Positions 1 through 7,891 of a stretch of DNA of 25,879 nt are shown piece by piece. The first letter of the stretch is position 1; each line of letters begins with the position of its first letter. Source of the DNA: a bacterium (GTDB lineage: Bacteria > SZUA-182 > DTGQ01); contig JBFMGO010000088.1 of assembly GCA_040752695.1 (NCBI GenBank), positions 1 to 25,879 of the forward strand, read 5' to 3'. The notes beneath the pieces were generated by a model that was given only the letters and a program-made list of their open reading frames with translations, had not been told where the DNA came from and made no database searches. A program made the position numbers and the translations under genes.

Positions 1-27
1 ATTTTGATTGTTACGAGGAACTCTCAT
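1..27 (-). CDS. N-terminus of an ORF running off the left edge (MRVPRNNQN...), possibly a transposase
   Basis: ATG at 27 with GAAGGAG 6 nt upstream; open to position 1. Only 9 codons are visible. Confidence 0.4.
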
Positions 28-127
28 GAACAACTCCTTCTGTAAACTCTCTGAACCAAATTTAGACTTGTTCATTATATAACAAATAGTTAACCTTTGC
101 ACGCCTTATTTTCATGAATAATCCGGG
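1..127 (-). mobile_element. Probable left end of an insertion sequence (IS1380-like terminus), continuing beyond the window
   Basis: The minus strand switches abruptly from kinase codons (GAT AAC GGC TGC GGT ATA G) to CCCGGATTATTCATGAAAATAAGG at 127. An AT-rich stretch follows with GTGCAA-17-TATAAT (102-74), RBS GAAGGAG (40-34) and ATG at 27. The CC...ATTCAT terminus resembles IS1380-family ends from memory; not verified. Confidence 0.5.
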
Positions 128-1484
128 CTATACCGCAGCCGTTATCTTTTACATACCCTACGGCAAACGCCCCGTCAGGGCTTATTCTGGTGCCTATGGT
201 CAGCACCCTGGTATCGGAAATCGACTTAAGAGCGTGAATGGCATTGATAATCAAGTTAAGAAAAACCTGCTCGATCTGATTCCGGTCCCCATAAATTACA
301 GGGGAATCGGGCAGATATTCTCGTTTTACCTGGCAGTGCTTCGTCTGCCCCAGTGTTTCCCTGGCCAGAGTCAGGACCGTATCAAGGACCTCATGAAGAA
401 CCACATCAGATGGCTCATTTTGTGAGGGACGGCCTAAAGAGGTAAGATTTTGGGCAAGTTTCTTGATTCTCAATCCCTCTTTGATAATAAGGTCAAGATG
501 CTCGTTTCCTTCGTTCTGAGTGGCCAAAAGCTGTGCCATGCCTATGATACTGGATAAGGGATTATTGATTTCATGGCTGATCTTTCCAGCCAGCATTCCC
601 AAGGTAGCCAGCTTTTCCGAGTGGATGAGCTGGTCCTGCAATTGCCTCTCCCTGCTCAGATCGCGCTGGTACTTAACGACCAGCTTCACCTCTCCATCTT
701 CATACAGAGGGAATATGGACAGGCAATAGGTCCAATACTTTCCATTTTTTTTCACTACTCGCTCGACCGGAAGCGACATTTTCTGCGTCCTGAAAGCGTG
801 CTGTGCCGGACAATCCCGGCAGGGGGTGGATCTGCCCTGGAAAACATCGAAGCATGCCCTCCCGATTACCGACTGAAAACTGTCTTCACCGCTTATATGG
901 AGACTTCTTAAGTTTATCATCTTTATAGTGTGATTTCTGTCTATAACGACGATCCCGTCATGGATAGAGTCCACGGCTTTCTGCAAGATGGCTTTGGATT
1001 TGAAAATAGGGCTGCGCAACTCATTGAGATCGATAATATCCTTCATGACAAAGCAGGTCGCCGGTCTGCCGCGATAGGAGATGGATGTACTTAAAAAACT
1101 GGAGCAAAGCCGCATTTCGCCGTTTCGAGTCGGGACACGGAAACTGAAGTCGATCGAAGTCTCTTCGCTCCCCGGTCTCAGATCAGCCAGTACGCGGGAG
1201 CGATCCTCGGGTGCGATAATTTCTCTAAATTCCATGCCGATTATCTGTTCTTCCACCTCACCCGCCTGGTAGCCCAAGAGCTTACAGGCCATTTTGTTCA
1301 TATAAGCTATCTTGCCCTCCTGAACAATAAGACAGCCATGAGGATAATTATTCATTAAAGATTCATATTCCTGGACTTGCTTTTTCAGCCTTTGGTTTTC
1401 AATTTCTAACAATGACAGTGGCTTGACGGTATTTTGAACACCGTCCCCAGCACTTTCCGGTCTTCCCATACACCTTTGCATCAT
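90..1484 (-). pseudogene. PAS-PAS sensor histidine kinase (NtrB-like), C-terminally truncated in the HATPase domain
   Basis: Two PAS-like regions, H-box ISHEINNPL, N-box QVFLNLIINA and G1 DNGCG are present. The ORF then reads ARIIHENKACKG* with no F-box or G2 (GTGLGL) box. Confidence 0.8.
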
Positions 1485-1525
1485 CTCTCCCTCATATTCG
1501 CATTGATTATTGATTTTTCATCAGC

Positions 1526-1765
1526 TTATTCCATATCCATTTTAGCCACTACCCTGGATCGATGGGCAACCGGCACTACCTGGTGGATTTTCATCGCTAG
1601 CCGACTCAAGTCATCGTCATCGATAATAATTCTATCATAGCTGTCAAAGATCACCTCGTAAGAATAGCTGACCTGATTGGCTATATTCGTTGTCATGAAA
1701 ATGTTAGTCTTATACTGTGTGTTTCCAAGCAGGATAGACCCACTTTTAATAAGTTTTTTTAACAT
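1526..1765 (-). CDS. Small hypothetical protein (79 aa)
   Basis: Strong RBS GAGGAGG just before the ATG; protein-like composition; sits between a sigma54 promoter and the co-oriented kinase. Confidence 0.75.
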   Translation of the reverse strand: MLKKLIKSGSILLGNTQYKTNIFMTTNIANQVSYSYEVIFDSYDRIIIDDDDLSRLAMKIHQVVPVAHRSRVVAKMDME

Positions 1766-1938
1766 ATGTCCTCCTCGAAGCTACAGCTTTTTTTAATTTT
1801 AAACAACGGCATTTTCCGTTTGCATGATTTATGTTGCCTGACGGCAGGTTTTTGTCAGGGTATCATCACTGTTCACTATGTCAAAGAGATTAATTAAAAA
1901 ATATTATTTTATTGTTTGATTATCCTCTTTTGAATAGA

Positions 1939-1955
1939 TGCAAGTATGATGCCAG
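1939..1955 (-). promoter_or_regulatory. Sigma54 (-24/-12) promoter
   Basis: Minus strand CTGGCATCATACTTGCA = TGGCA-N6-TTGCA with exact GG-N10-GC spacing, pointing at the 79-aa ORF and kinase. Confidence 0.75.
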
Positions 1956-2043
1956 GACAGGGTTGATTGGCCAGAGTCACTGTTTTATAAGGAATTTCGA
2001 ATTGTCAGGGTGCATCTTTGTGGTCAAAGGGGGGATGAAAGGC

Positions 2044-2059
2044 GGCCAACTTTTTGGCC
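2044..2059. promoter_or_regulatory. Palindromic site GGCCAA-N4-TTGGCC (candidate sigma54-activator binding site)
   Basis: GGCCAACTTTTTGGCC; same consensus as the two sites at 2125-2160. Confidence 0.55.
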
Positions 2060-2124
2060 TATGCAGGTGTTTTTTTCTCATTTTATAGCGATAACATATT
2101 GAATATACTTATCTTAAGCCCGTA

Positions 2125-2160
2125 GGCCAAAATCTTGACCCATAGGTCAAGATTTTGGCC
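2125..2160. promoter_or_regulatory. Tandem pair of GGYCAA-N4-TTGRCC sites forming a perfect 16-bp inverted repeat (candidate enhancer)
   Basis: GGCCAAAATCTTGACC-cata-GGTCAAGATTTTGGCC, about 170-205 bp upstream of the sigma54 -24 box. Confidence 0.6.
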
Positions 2161-2341
2161 CTTTTTATCCTTTCTCGTCCAGGCCCTTTGATTATGGTGA
2201 ACCATGATCGTTTTTTATTTCTGGATCGACCGATGTAAGGGAAAGATAGCTGAGCCTCGAGGATGAGGAGAAAAGGCAAGATAAAAAGAAAAAGTAAGGA
2301 CAAGGAAGAAGTCAAAAGTAAAGCAGGATAGGGAGGAAAAA

Positions 2342-3148
2342 ATGAATGGATCATCAGCCTGCCAAAGAACAAAAGACAGGCTTTTCGAAACGCTTTTGTT
2401 AGCAGCCGTAATGATTGCCGCCGCAGCCTTTATCTTCCCTGCTCATGCAGCAGGAAAGGGAAAGACAAAAGATCAGGGCATACAGGAAGCTGTGAGCACG
2501 CCTTGGAATCATAAGAAAGGAAGCGAGAAGATGAAAGAAATCATGAAGCATGAAGTACCCCCGTTACCATACGACTACAACGAACTTGAGCCCTATTATG
2601 ATGAGGAGACCCTGCACCTTCACCACGACAAACACCACGCCGCATATGTCAAGGAACTCAACCATGCAGAGGAAAAACTGGCAGAGGCCAGGACAAAGGG
2701 CGATTACTCCCTGATCAGACATTGGGAGCGCACGTTGGCCTTTAATGGGTCCGGCCATCTTTTACACAGCATCTTCTGGACCAATATGGCGCCGAATCAA
2801 ACCGGGAATCCCCGTACTCCGACAGGCCAGTTGGCTGATCAGATCACGCACGATTTCGATAGCTTCGATGCATTCAAGAAGCAGTTCAGTTCGACCGCTA
2901 TCAGTGTGGAAGGGAGTGGATGGGCCATACTTGGCTGGATGCCGGAATTCAACAAACTGATCGTTCTGGAGGCCGAAAACCACCAGAACCAGACCCTGTG
3001 GGGCGTCAAGCCTCTCCTTGTCGTGGATGTGTGGGAGCATGCTTACTATCTCAGATATCAAAATCGCAGGGCGGAATGGATCGAAAACTGGTGGTATCTG
3101 GTCAATTGGGACGATGTGAACAAACGTTTTGAAAATGCACGCAGGTAG
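2342..3148 (+). CDS. sod: Fe/Mn superoxide dismutase with N-terminal signal-peptide-like extension (alternative start 2531)
   Basis: Motifs PPLPYDYNELEP, LHHDKHH, FNGSGHLLHSIFW, GSGW and DVWEHAYY. RBS GGAGG precedes 2342; hydrophobic stretch ends in AHA-A. Confidence 0.95.
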   Translation: MNGSSACQRTKDRLFETLLLAAVMIAAAAFIFPAHAAGKGKTKDQGIQEAVSTPWNHKKGSEKMKEIMKHEVPPLPYDYNELEPYYDEETLHLHHDKHHAAYVKELNHAEEKLAEARTKGDYSLIRHWERTLAFNGSGHLLHSIFWTNMAPNQTGNPRTPTGQLADQITHDFDSFDAFKKQFSSTAISVEGSGWAILGWMPEFNKLIVLEAENHQNQTLWGVKPLLVVDVWEHAYYLRYQNRRAEWIENWWYLVNWDDVNKRFENARR

Positions 3149-3191
3149 GATGTAAAGACCTTTAACAAGGCTGTATGAAAAGGGGATATCC

Positions 3192-3845
3192 ATGATGCTT
3201 TTTAAGGATCGGGTGGATGCCGGTCAAAAGCTCGCTCAGCACCTGGTACAGTATCGGGATGAAAGACCGCTGATTCTGGCCCTGCCCCGGGGCGGTGTCG
3301 TAGTTGGATTTGAGGTTGCCTCTGTATTGAGAGCCCCTCTCGATGTCATTATTGCGCGTAAACTTGGTGCGCCCGGCATGCCGGAATTCGGCATCGGTGC
3401 CATTGCTCCGGGTGGTGTGCTCATTCTGGATGAGCACGCTACCCGTATGCTCGGCATCTCGATGGAAGAGATCGACTCGGTCGTAACCCGCGAGAAGGAA
3501 GAAATGAACCGCCGCATCAATCGTTACCGGGGTGGCCGCCCCATGCCCGAAGTCCAGAACAGGACCGTTATCCTGGTAGACGACGGGATCGCCACCGGAG
3601 TAACGGCCAGAGCAGCCATTCGGACAATCCGCCAGCAAAACCCCCGTAAACTTATCCTGGCAGTACCTGTCTGTGCGCCGGACACGGCCAGACTGCTGAG
3701 GAGCGAAGTTGATGATTTTATCTGCATCGAAATGCCGCCGGATTTTCGTGCCATCAGCCTCTGGTATGAACGATTCCAGCAAACATCGGATGAAGAAGTT
3801 ATAAGCCTGCTGAATAGTAGCTGGCAGGGACCGAATGCACCATAA
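3192..3845 (+). CDS. Phosphoribosyltransferase family protein
   Basis: FKDRVDAG, LALPRGGV, RKLGAP, PRPP-binding VILVDDGIATG and AVPV motifs. Confidence 0.92.
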   Translation: MMLFKDRVDAGQKLAQHLVQYRDERPLILALPRGGVVVGFEVASVLRAPLDVIIARKLGAPGMPEFGIGAIAPGGVLILDEHATRMLGISMEEIDSVVTREKEEMNRRINRYRGGRPMPEVQNRTVILVDDGIATGVTARAAIRTIRQQNPRKLILAVPVCAPDTARLLRSEVDDFICIEMPPDFRAISLWYERFQQTSDEEVISLLNSSWQGPNAP

Positions 3846-4031
3846 ACAACAAATAAGATCATACTCTTTTCAGAGTGTGGTCTCTCCATGGTGGGGGGGC
3901 GTGGCAGAGTCCAGTACAACAACTGATTCTTTCTAACCACTGAAACTATACTCCCTTCCGTTCACCTGCTTGCATTCGATGCTGTGTATTCGACACTGCA
4001 GGTCTCCCCTCCTCGTTGCCCGCATGATAAA

Positions 4032-4061
4032 TCATCTCATCTCGTCTCGTCTTGTCTTGTT
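4032..4061. repeat. Degenerate pentanucleotide tandem array
   Basis: TCATC TCATC TCGTC TCGTC TTGTC TTGTT. Confidence 0.6.
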
Positions 4062-4120
4062 TGGCCAACCGTCAGGTATTATTCTCCTTTTGTGAAAAAT
4101 TATTGGATGACAGGATCTTA

Positions 4121-4129
4121 TGGTATAAT
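4121..4129 (+). promoter_or_regulatory. Extended -10 promoter for GGCT/radical SAM genes
   Basis: TGGTATAAT (TGn-TATAAT), 40 nt upstream of ATG 4169. Confidence 0.5.
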
Positions 4130-4168
4130 AGGCAAACACCCGATATTCAAACACAAAAGCCAGGAGCA

Positions 4169-4645
4169 ATGCGACCCTTACCTGAAGATAGAGAATATCT
4201 CTTTGTCTATGGGACACTGCGCAAGTGTCCTGACACCCTGGATTATCGAAACCAGCGAATGCACCATTTTTTGGTTCAACACGCAGATCTTGCAGGCAAA
4301 GGAACAATGATCGGCAGGCTCTATCATATCGGGGAATACCCCGGAGCCGTTCTGTCGCCACCAGCCTTCAAGGCCACACCTGCAGCACCTGATAGACAAT
4401 CTGCCGCACCTTGTGCTGATATCGTGCATGGCGAGCTCTATGTCCTGCGAGATCCGGCTTTTGTGCTGGAAGTCCTTGACGAATACGAGGGCTGCGGCCC
4501 GGATGACCAGCAGCCAACGGAGTTTCGCCGTGAGCGCACCACCATCTTTCTTGAAAACGGGCAGGAAGTTATCGCCTGGGTTTACCTCTATAACTGGCCT
4601 ACGAGCGGACTTAAGGTCATCCGGTCAGGAGATTATCTCTCCTGA
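4169..4645 (+). CDS. Gamma-glutamylcyclotransferase (AIG2-like) family protein
   Basis: YLFVYGTLR, YPG, VHGELY, LDEYEG and AWVYLY motifs. Start moved to ATG 4169, downstream of the promoter. Confidence 0.9.
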   Translation: MRPLPEDREYLFVYGTLRKCPDTLDYRNQRMHHFLVQHADLAGKGTMIGRLYHIGEYPGAVLSPPAFKATPAAPDRQSAAPCADIVHGELYVLRDPAFVLEVLDEYEGCGPDDQQPTEFRRERTTIFLENGQEVIAWVYLYNWPTSGLKVIRSGDYLS

Positions 4646-4666
4646 ACGATATGAAGCTGGAATAAC

Positions 4667-5941
4667 ATGAATGACGATAACCATACTATCCACTTTTCCG
4701 ACAATTCCTTAAAAGGGACCTTTACTGCTGCCCATACCGAGGGGAGGCTCGTTCTTTGCCTTATGTGCCATACAGGCAGGGAATACCGGATTGCCTTCGA
4801 TTACGGCCGCCTCAGTTTCATTCGCTTGACAACACCCGAAATGCGGGATCGCCGGATATCCCAATTGCTCCTTGAGCGGAGTTTCCTGGGGGAATGGCAT
4901 CTGGAAAAGGAAATGGAAAACATACCGTTTCAGGAAGATTTCCCTTCTTTTCAAGATTTGCCTTCTCTTCAAGGTTTTTCTTCTTGTGCTCCTTCGGACG
5001 GCTCCATCCGGCAGGTAACGGACTTTGCCTACGCGTTACTTCAAAGGGCCTATCGAATAGTGCAGGATCTCCCCTGCCAACAAGACCAGCTCATTTCACA
5101 TGCCCTTGCCTTCAATTATAAGACGCTTGAAGCGGAAAGGCACAAAGCGCTGAACTTCGCTTTCCCCTTAATCCTTCCGCCTTTCGCAGACCAGCGTCTT
5201 TGTTTTCCGGTGATGCAGGGGTGCCAAAAGCTGTCCCTGTACGGGCCGTGCAGCTTTTGTGATACCTTCCTGACGCGCCCTTTCCGCCTTCTTTCTCCTT
5301 CCCAGATCGTGCTTCATGCACAAAAGAAAATACGCTGGCTCGACGGAAGAGTAAAGAGCGGGTATGAACTTTTTTTAACCGAAGCGGATGCCCTGGCTGC
5401 TCCAATTCAGTCTCTTGAATCTATCATCCGGTTTTTGCGCAGGGAATTTCCCGGGATTCCGCGCATGTGCGCTTTTTCCAGCATACTCAGCATCAATGGA
5501 GACGGGGACAAGATCGAAGGGAAATCCCCGGCTGAACTGCAAAGGCTGAGGCAGGCAGGACTGGTCAGAATTTACCTGGGAATAGAATCGGGAAGCGATC
5601 AGGTATTGCTGGATATGAATAAGCAGGCTACCCGAAAAGAACAGGTGCTGGCGGTGCGTAAAATACAAGAAGCAGGTCTTGAGGTGGCCTGTATGATCAT
5701 CACAGGCTATGGAGGAAGGCAACTGTACCAGGAGCACCTGGAGGGCACGATAGAATTTCTCAGTCAGGCATGCCCGGACCGCGTCTTTTTTTCCAGAATG
5801 ACACCAAGGCCCGGAACCCTCTACTGGTCGCGGAACTACACCTCATTAAGCCGCTCTGAAATGGATGAATGGGAAAAAAAAGTGCAGGCGAAAGTGTCAA
5901 ACAAAGTGATTTTTAGACCGTATACCCAGTTGAATACTTAA
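4667..5941 (+). CDS. Radical SAM protein with atypical CX8CX2C motif
   Basis: GCQKLSLYGPCSFC (C186/C195/C198), FLTEADAL, RIYLGIESGSDQVL and IITGYGG, all radical SAM barrel motifs. Confidence 0.85.
   Translation: MNDDNHTIHFSDNSLKGTFTAAHTEGRLVLCLMCHTGREYRIAFDYGRLSFIRLTTPEMRDRRISQLLLERSFLGEWHLEKEMENIPFQEDFPSFQDLPSLQGFSSCAPSDGSIRQVTDFAYALLQRAYRIVQDLPCQQDQLISHALAFNYKTLEAERHKALNFAFPLILPPFADQRLCFPVMQGCQKLSLYGPCSFCDTFLTRPFRLLSPSQIVLHAQKKIRWLDGRVKSGYELFLTEADALAAPIQSLESIIRFLRREFPGIPRMCAFSSILSINGDGDKIEGKSPAELQRLRQAGLVRIYLGIESGSDQVLLDMNKQATRKEQVLAVRKIQEAGLEVACMIITGYGGRQLYQEHLEGTIEFLSQACPDRVFFSRMTPRPGTLYWSRNYTSLSRSEMDEWEKKVQAKVSNKVIFRPYTQLNT
4935..4988 (+). repeat. Three degenerate in-frame 18-bp tandem units inside the radical SAM gene
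   Basis: aagatttcccttcttttc / aagatttgccttctcttc / aaggtttttcttcttgtg (DFPSFQ-DLPSLQ-GFSS). Confidence 0.6.
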
Positions 5942-6005
5942 ATGCCATCCATGAGGTGAAACTGTATCATTTATTTATGTCGCCATGTACCAGGTACGAT
6001 AAGGA

Positions 6006-6943
6006 TTACCACCCGGACTTAAAGCTCATCATCTGCGCTGCTTTCAACCTGGCCGGGCAGGAACAAGGTTTTCGCTTGCTGCCTCCGGGCGAGAGCATGT
6101 TCTTCCCGCCCCTCTGGCTGGATTCTGCTCCTGCTGCATCATGGGTTCTGTTCTTTTTCCCGCCCTCTATGAGAGCCACGAGTCCGTGAACGATTCTTTG
6201 AAGCCCCTCGGCCTGGATATCCATCCCCTTGGAAGCGGCGGCTGACTCCTGGGCGCTCGCCGTGTTCTGCTGCACTGTCTTGTCCATCAGGGCTATGGCC
6301 TGACTGTGATCTGAGAGATCCCCTGTGCCTGCTCCTTTGAGGCAGCCGCAATCTCGGGAAGAAGGCCGGATACCTTTTGAGAGCTGCTCTCCACCCGATT
6401 GAAATCCTCGTCAGTGGCTACCATCAACCGCGATCGCGGATATTTTGCAGGTTCATATCGATAATCTGCTGGGTGTTTTTGGCTGCCTCAGCGACTCTCT
6501 GAGCCAGATTTCTCACTTCATCAGCCACACCACATTCAGCATGCCTTCGTCAGTCATGATATGATTTTTAACCTGATTCCGTCAGGCGTTTTTTCACCCC
6601 TGTCAGGAATTGGTACATTTCGCCCTGATAGATCCGCTTCCCTGCGACCATCGCCGTAAAACCAGCGGCCAAAACTGCATTGGCGGTGATCGGCCTCAAC
6701 ATCGAGGTCTGCATCCTTCCCGTCACTTAAAAAGGCGTTGATCTGTTTGACCATGTTGAGATGGTCTAATTCCTTTTGTGCCAAAATACTGTCCAACCGG
6801 TTACCGGTGATCATCTCTTGCGCATCTTTGGCAATGCCACCGATACCGGTATAACTCAACTCGCCCACTGCAACCAGGAAACATAAAACTGCACCGAAAC
6901 CCAAAGCAATTTTTTTCCCAACCGTCAGCTCATTCCAGCTCAT
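6006..6943 (-). pseudogene. Methyl-accepting chemotaxis protein with CZB domain, internally deleted and frameshifted
   Basis: N-terminal part: TM plus CZB motifs ELDHLNM...DHRQCSFGRWFY. Fragments in shifting frames follow: VADEVRNLAQRVAEAAKNT (about 6528-6472), EIAAASKEQAQGISQI, and MDKTVQQNTASAQESAAAS. Confidence 0.9.
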
Positions 6944-7129
6944 CTGTTCAGCTCCCTCTTAATCAGATTTCTCTTTCCCTATCTGCTTCCTTATGAAAGT
7001 GCGCCCCTTCGATCCCGCTCATCAGCTCTTTCTTCTGTTCCCTTCTTTGTGAGGTAAGAATTCCCGTCCATTTATTTTTTCGGCGAAAAAAAGTATGACT
7101 CCCTGGTTTACGGCAGGCACAAAACCAGC

Positions 7130-7726
7130 TCACGACCTGTTGAGCCCTGAAGTATTGGTAAGAAACTGTTCAATCTTTTGGTTGACTTCATTCAGAGTGA
7201 AGGATTCCGGATCAATACTACCTCCCACCCACTCCAGCATTTCCTTGTGCTCCGGGTGGCCGGGATCTTGAACGGCCTCCAGAAGATGCCGGTAGCCCTG
7301 GATTCCTCCGCAATCTTCGGGAGGACAGGCACGCTGGCCAGCAAGGCACACGGGATATCTCGTTCCTTCGGCCACTGGCATGATCTTTTCTATCAGAACT
7401 TCATGCTCCCAATTGTCACCGAAATCGTACTCGTAGATAGACCTGTCATTTATTCCGGATACTACCTGGCTTAACCGTATGAGTTGTTCATTTTCCACTT
7501 CAGGATCATACTCCGGGTCTGGTTCCGCAAAATACTTTCCGCCAATGATGAACTGATGGAGATGAGAATTAGTCCACCCCATGACTACCTGCAAGATTTC
7601 ATGAAGCTTATGAAGACTGGTATCACTGGTAACCTGTATCCTTCTCCAGATCGGTGGCTCAATGCCCATGAGGGTGATTTTCATCTGATAGACACAAAGG
7701 TCAGATACCTGTTTCCGTAGCGCCAT
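7130..7726 (-). CDS. Plasmid pRiA4b ORF-3 family protein
   Basis: YQMKITL, PPIWRRIQV, GWTNSHLHQF, YEYDFGDNWEH and RACPPEDCGG motifs; RBS AAGGAG. Confidence 0.93.
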   Translation of the reverse strand: MALRKQVSDLCVYQMKITLMGIEPPIWRRIQVTSDTSLHKLHEILQVVMGWTNSHLHQFIIGGKYFAEPDPEYDPEVENEQLIRLSQVVSGINDRSIYEYDFGDNWEHEVLIEKIMPVAEGTRYPVCLAGQRACPPEDCGGIQGYRHLLEAVQDPGHPEHKEMLEWVGGSIDPESFTLNEVNQKIEQFLTNTSGLNRS

Positions 7727-7891
7727 TTTTTTTCTCCTTATTCAATATACGTTCTTTCTTCACCTAGAGCCTTTCGTTAGAGGTAGATACTTTTCGGCAG
7801 ATTCATACGAAAATTTAGTTAGAATTACGTAAAAAATTGCTAGAATTAGTAAACAGTAGTGTGTGCCTGTTCAAGAACGGTTTTTCCCCGA

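Noticed and set aside
1836..1849. GCCTGACGGCAGG and similar short palindromic REP-like bits (also near 7110 and 20550)
   Set aside because: Too short and degenerate to support as a repeat family from this window alone.
2125..2160. Inverted repeat as an intrinsic terminator or CRISPR repeat
   Set aside because: It lies between divergent genes with nothing to terminate. There are no spacers or cas genes, and each arm is itself a palindrome with a third copy nearby.
4052..4168. N-terminal extension of GGCT
   Set aside because: It spans the predicted promoter; family similarity starts at YLFVYGTL.
7130..7726. pRiA4b ORF-3 gene as evidence of a plasmid or integrated element
   Set aside because: The family is common on chromosomes; no integrase, rep gene or att sites are visible.
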